From positions 1 through 13,612 of the forward strand of contig JAXDQU010000104.1 of NCBI GenBank assembly GCA_034667685.1: a stretch of 13,612 nucleotides of DNA. Direction: 5' to 3'. Shown here piece after piece: positions 12,752-13,612 of the stretch. The notes under the pieces were generated by a model. That model was not told where the DNA came from. It was given only the letters and a program-made list of their open reading frames with translations, and ran no database searches. The DNA is from Thermoplasmata archaeon (GTDB lineage Archaea; Thermoplasmatota; SW-10-69-26; JACQPN01; JAJPHT01). Within the stretch, counting starts at the first letter, position 1; each line of letters starts with the position of its first letter. Both the position numbers and the translations under genes were made by a program.

Positions 12752-13582
12752 ATGTCGTCGCCGATCCGGCTCCAGGACGCCATCTCGACGGTGAGCCACG
12801 CCCTGGACCTGAAGGAGGCCGAGGCGGCGATCTACGTCCGGCTCTGCCTCGCGGGGCCGGCGAAGGCGGGCGACCTGGCCACGGCGCTCAAGATGCACCG
12901 CAACGAAGTCTACCGGAACGTCACGCGGCTCCTGGGCCGCGGGCTCGTGGAGATGACGCTGGAGCGCCCGGCGCGCTACGCCGCCGTCTCGCCGCAGCAC
13001 GTCTTCGACACGGAGATCTCCACGCGGCTGGCCTCGGTGGACGAGCTGAAGCTCGCGCGCGACAGCGTCTTCCCGCTCCTCACGCAGCTTCGCGCCACGG
13101 CCGACGCGCCCATGAAGAGCACGTACAAGGTCGTGCAGGGGCGCGCGGAGATCCACGCGCTGCGCGACCGGCTCGTCGAAGGCGCGCAGGAAAGCCTCGA
13201 CTGGGCCTCGACGTTCCTGCCGAGCCTCTCGATGGCCGACCGCTCCGGCACGCTCTCGCTCATGCAGCAGCGGGCGCGCGACCACGGCGTCAAGCTGCGC
13301 GCCCTCGTGCGCGTGGGCGACGCGAACCTCCCCCACCTCGATCGCTTCAAGGGCCTGGCCAACGCGAGCTTCCGCGAGCCGGCGCTGGAGACCACCATCC
13401 GATTCCTCATCGTCGACGGGCGCGAGCTGCTCATGTGGGTCGTCAACGATCCCTCCGAATCGGCGCACGCGCGCGACGAGGTCGCCATCCACACGACCGC
13501 GCCCGGCTTCGTGCAAGCCGAGTCGCTCTTCTTCGAGCAGACGTGGGCCCGCGGTCGGCCGATCCTGGGCGACGAGGCCTGA
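12752..13582 (+). CDS. TrmB family transcriptional regulator
   Basis: N-terminal wHTH LDLKEAEAAIYVRLCLAGPAKAGDLATALKMHRNEVYRNVTRLLGRGLVE...RPARYAAVSP, then a C-terminal effector domain with QGRAEI and RFLIVDGRELL. Divergent from the pilus operon. Confidence 0.9.
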   Translation: MSSPIRLQDAISTVSHALDLKEAEAAIYVRLCLAGPAKAGDLATALKMHRNEVYRNVTRLLGRGLVEMTLERPARYAAVSPQHVFDTEISTRLASVDELKLARDSVFPLLTQLRATADAPMKSTYKVVQGRAEIHALRDRLVEGAQESLDWASTFLPSLSMADRSGTLSLMQQRARDHGVKLRALVRVGDANLPHLDRFKGLANASFREPALETTIRFLIVDGRELLMWVVNDPSESAHARDEVAIHTTAPGFVQAESLFFEQTWARGRPILGDEA

Positions 13583-13612
13583 GAAGGGAAGCAGGGAAGA
13601 AGCGAAGACGGG
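13583..13612. repeat. Second copy of the GGGAAG repeat element (truncated by window end)
   Basis: gaagggaagcagggaagaagcgaagacggg matches 12508-12538 with one indel and one mismatch, and starts immediately after the TrmB stop. Confidence 0.8.

Noticed and set aside
12308-12794. Small ORFs across the pilin-TrmB intergenic region
   Set aside because: Low-complexity translations of the GGGAAG/CTTCCC repeat.

Overview
Very GC-rich (roughly 70%+, by eye) archaeal-type DNA. HTH-10 and TrmB regulators, class III signal-peptide pilins and an archaeal PilB/PilC pair point to an archaeon, and the proteins are not strongly acidic, so a non-halophile such as a Thermoplasmatota is my inference. The core is a minus-strand type IV pilus operon (12393->4620): major pilin, assembly ATPase, membrane platform protein, an ~805-aa pilin-adhesin fusion and a minor pilin-like gene. 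The adhesin carries a Gly-X-Y tract, three IPT/TIG-like repeats and ~19 N-glycosylation sequons, and appears to start at a non-canonical CTG overlapping the upstream stop. Downstream on the same strand are a Dol-P-Man-synthase-like GT2-GtrA gene and a tightly linked 6-TM orphan histidine kinase. An ATP-NAD kinase family gene and an HTH-10 regulator lie at the left, and a divergent TrmB regulator at the right. Two different palindromic short-tandem-repeat elements bracket the pilus operon, and the GGGAAG-type one recurs after the TrmB gene. Most other long ORFs in the track are high-GC shadow frames.
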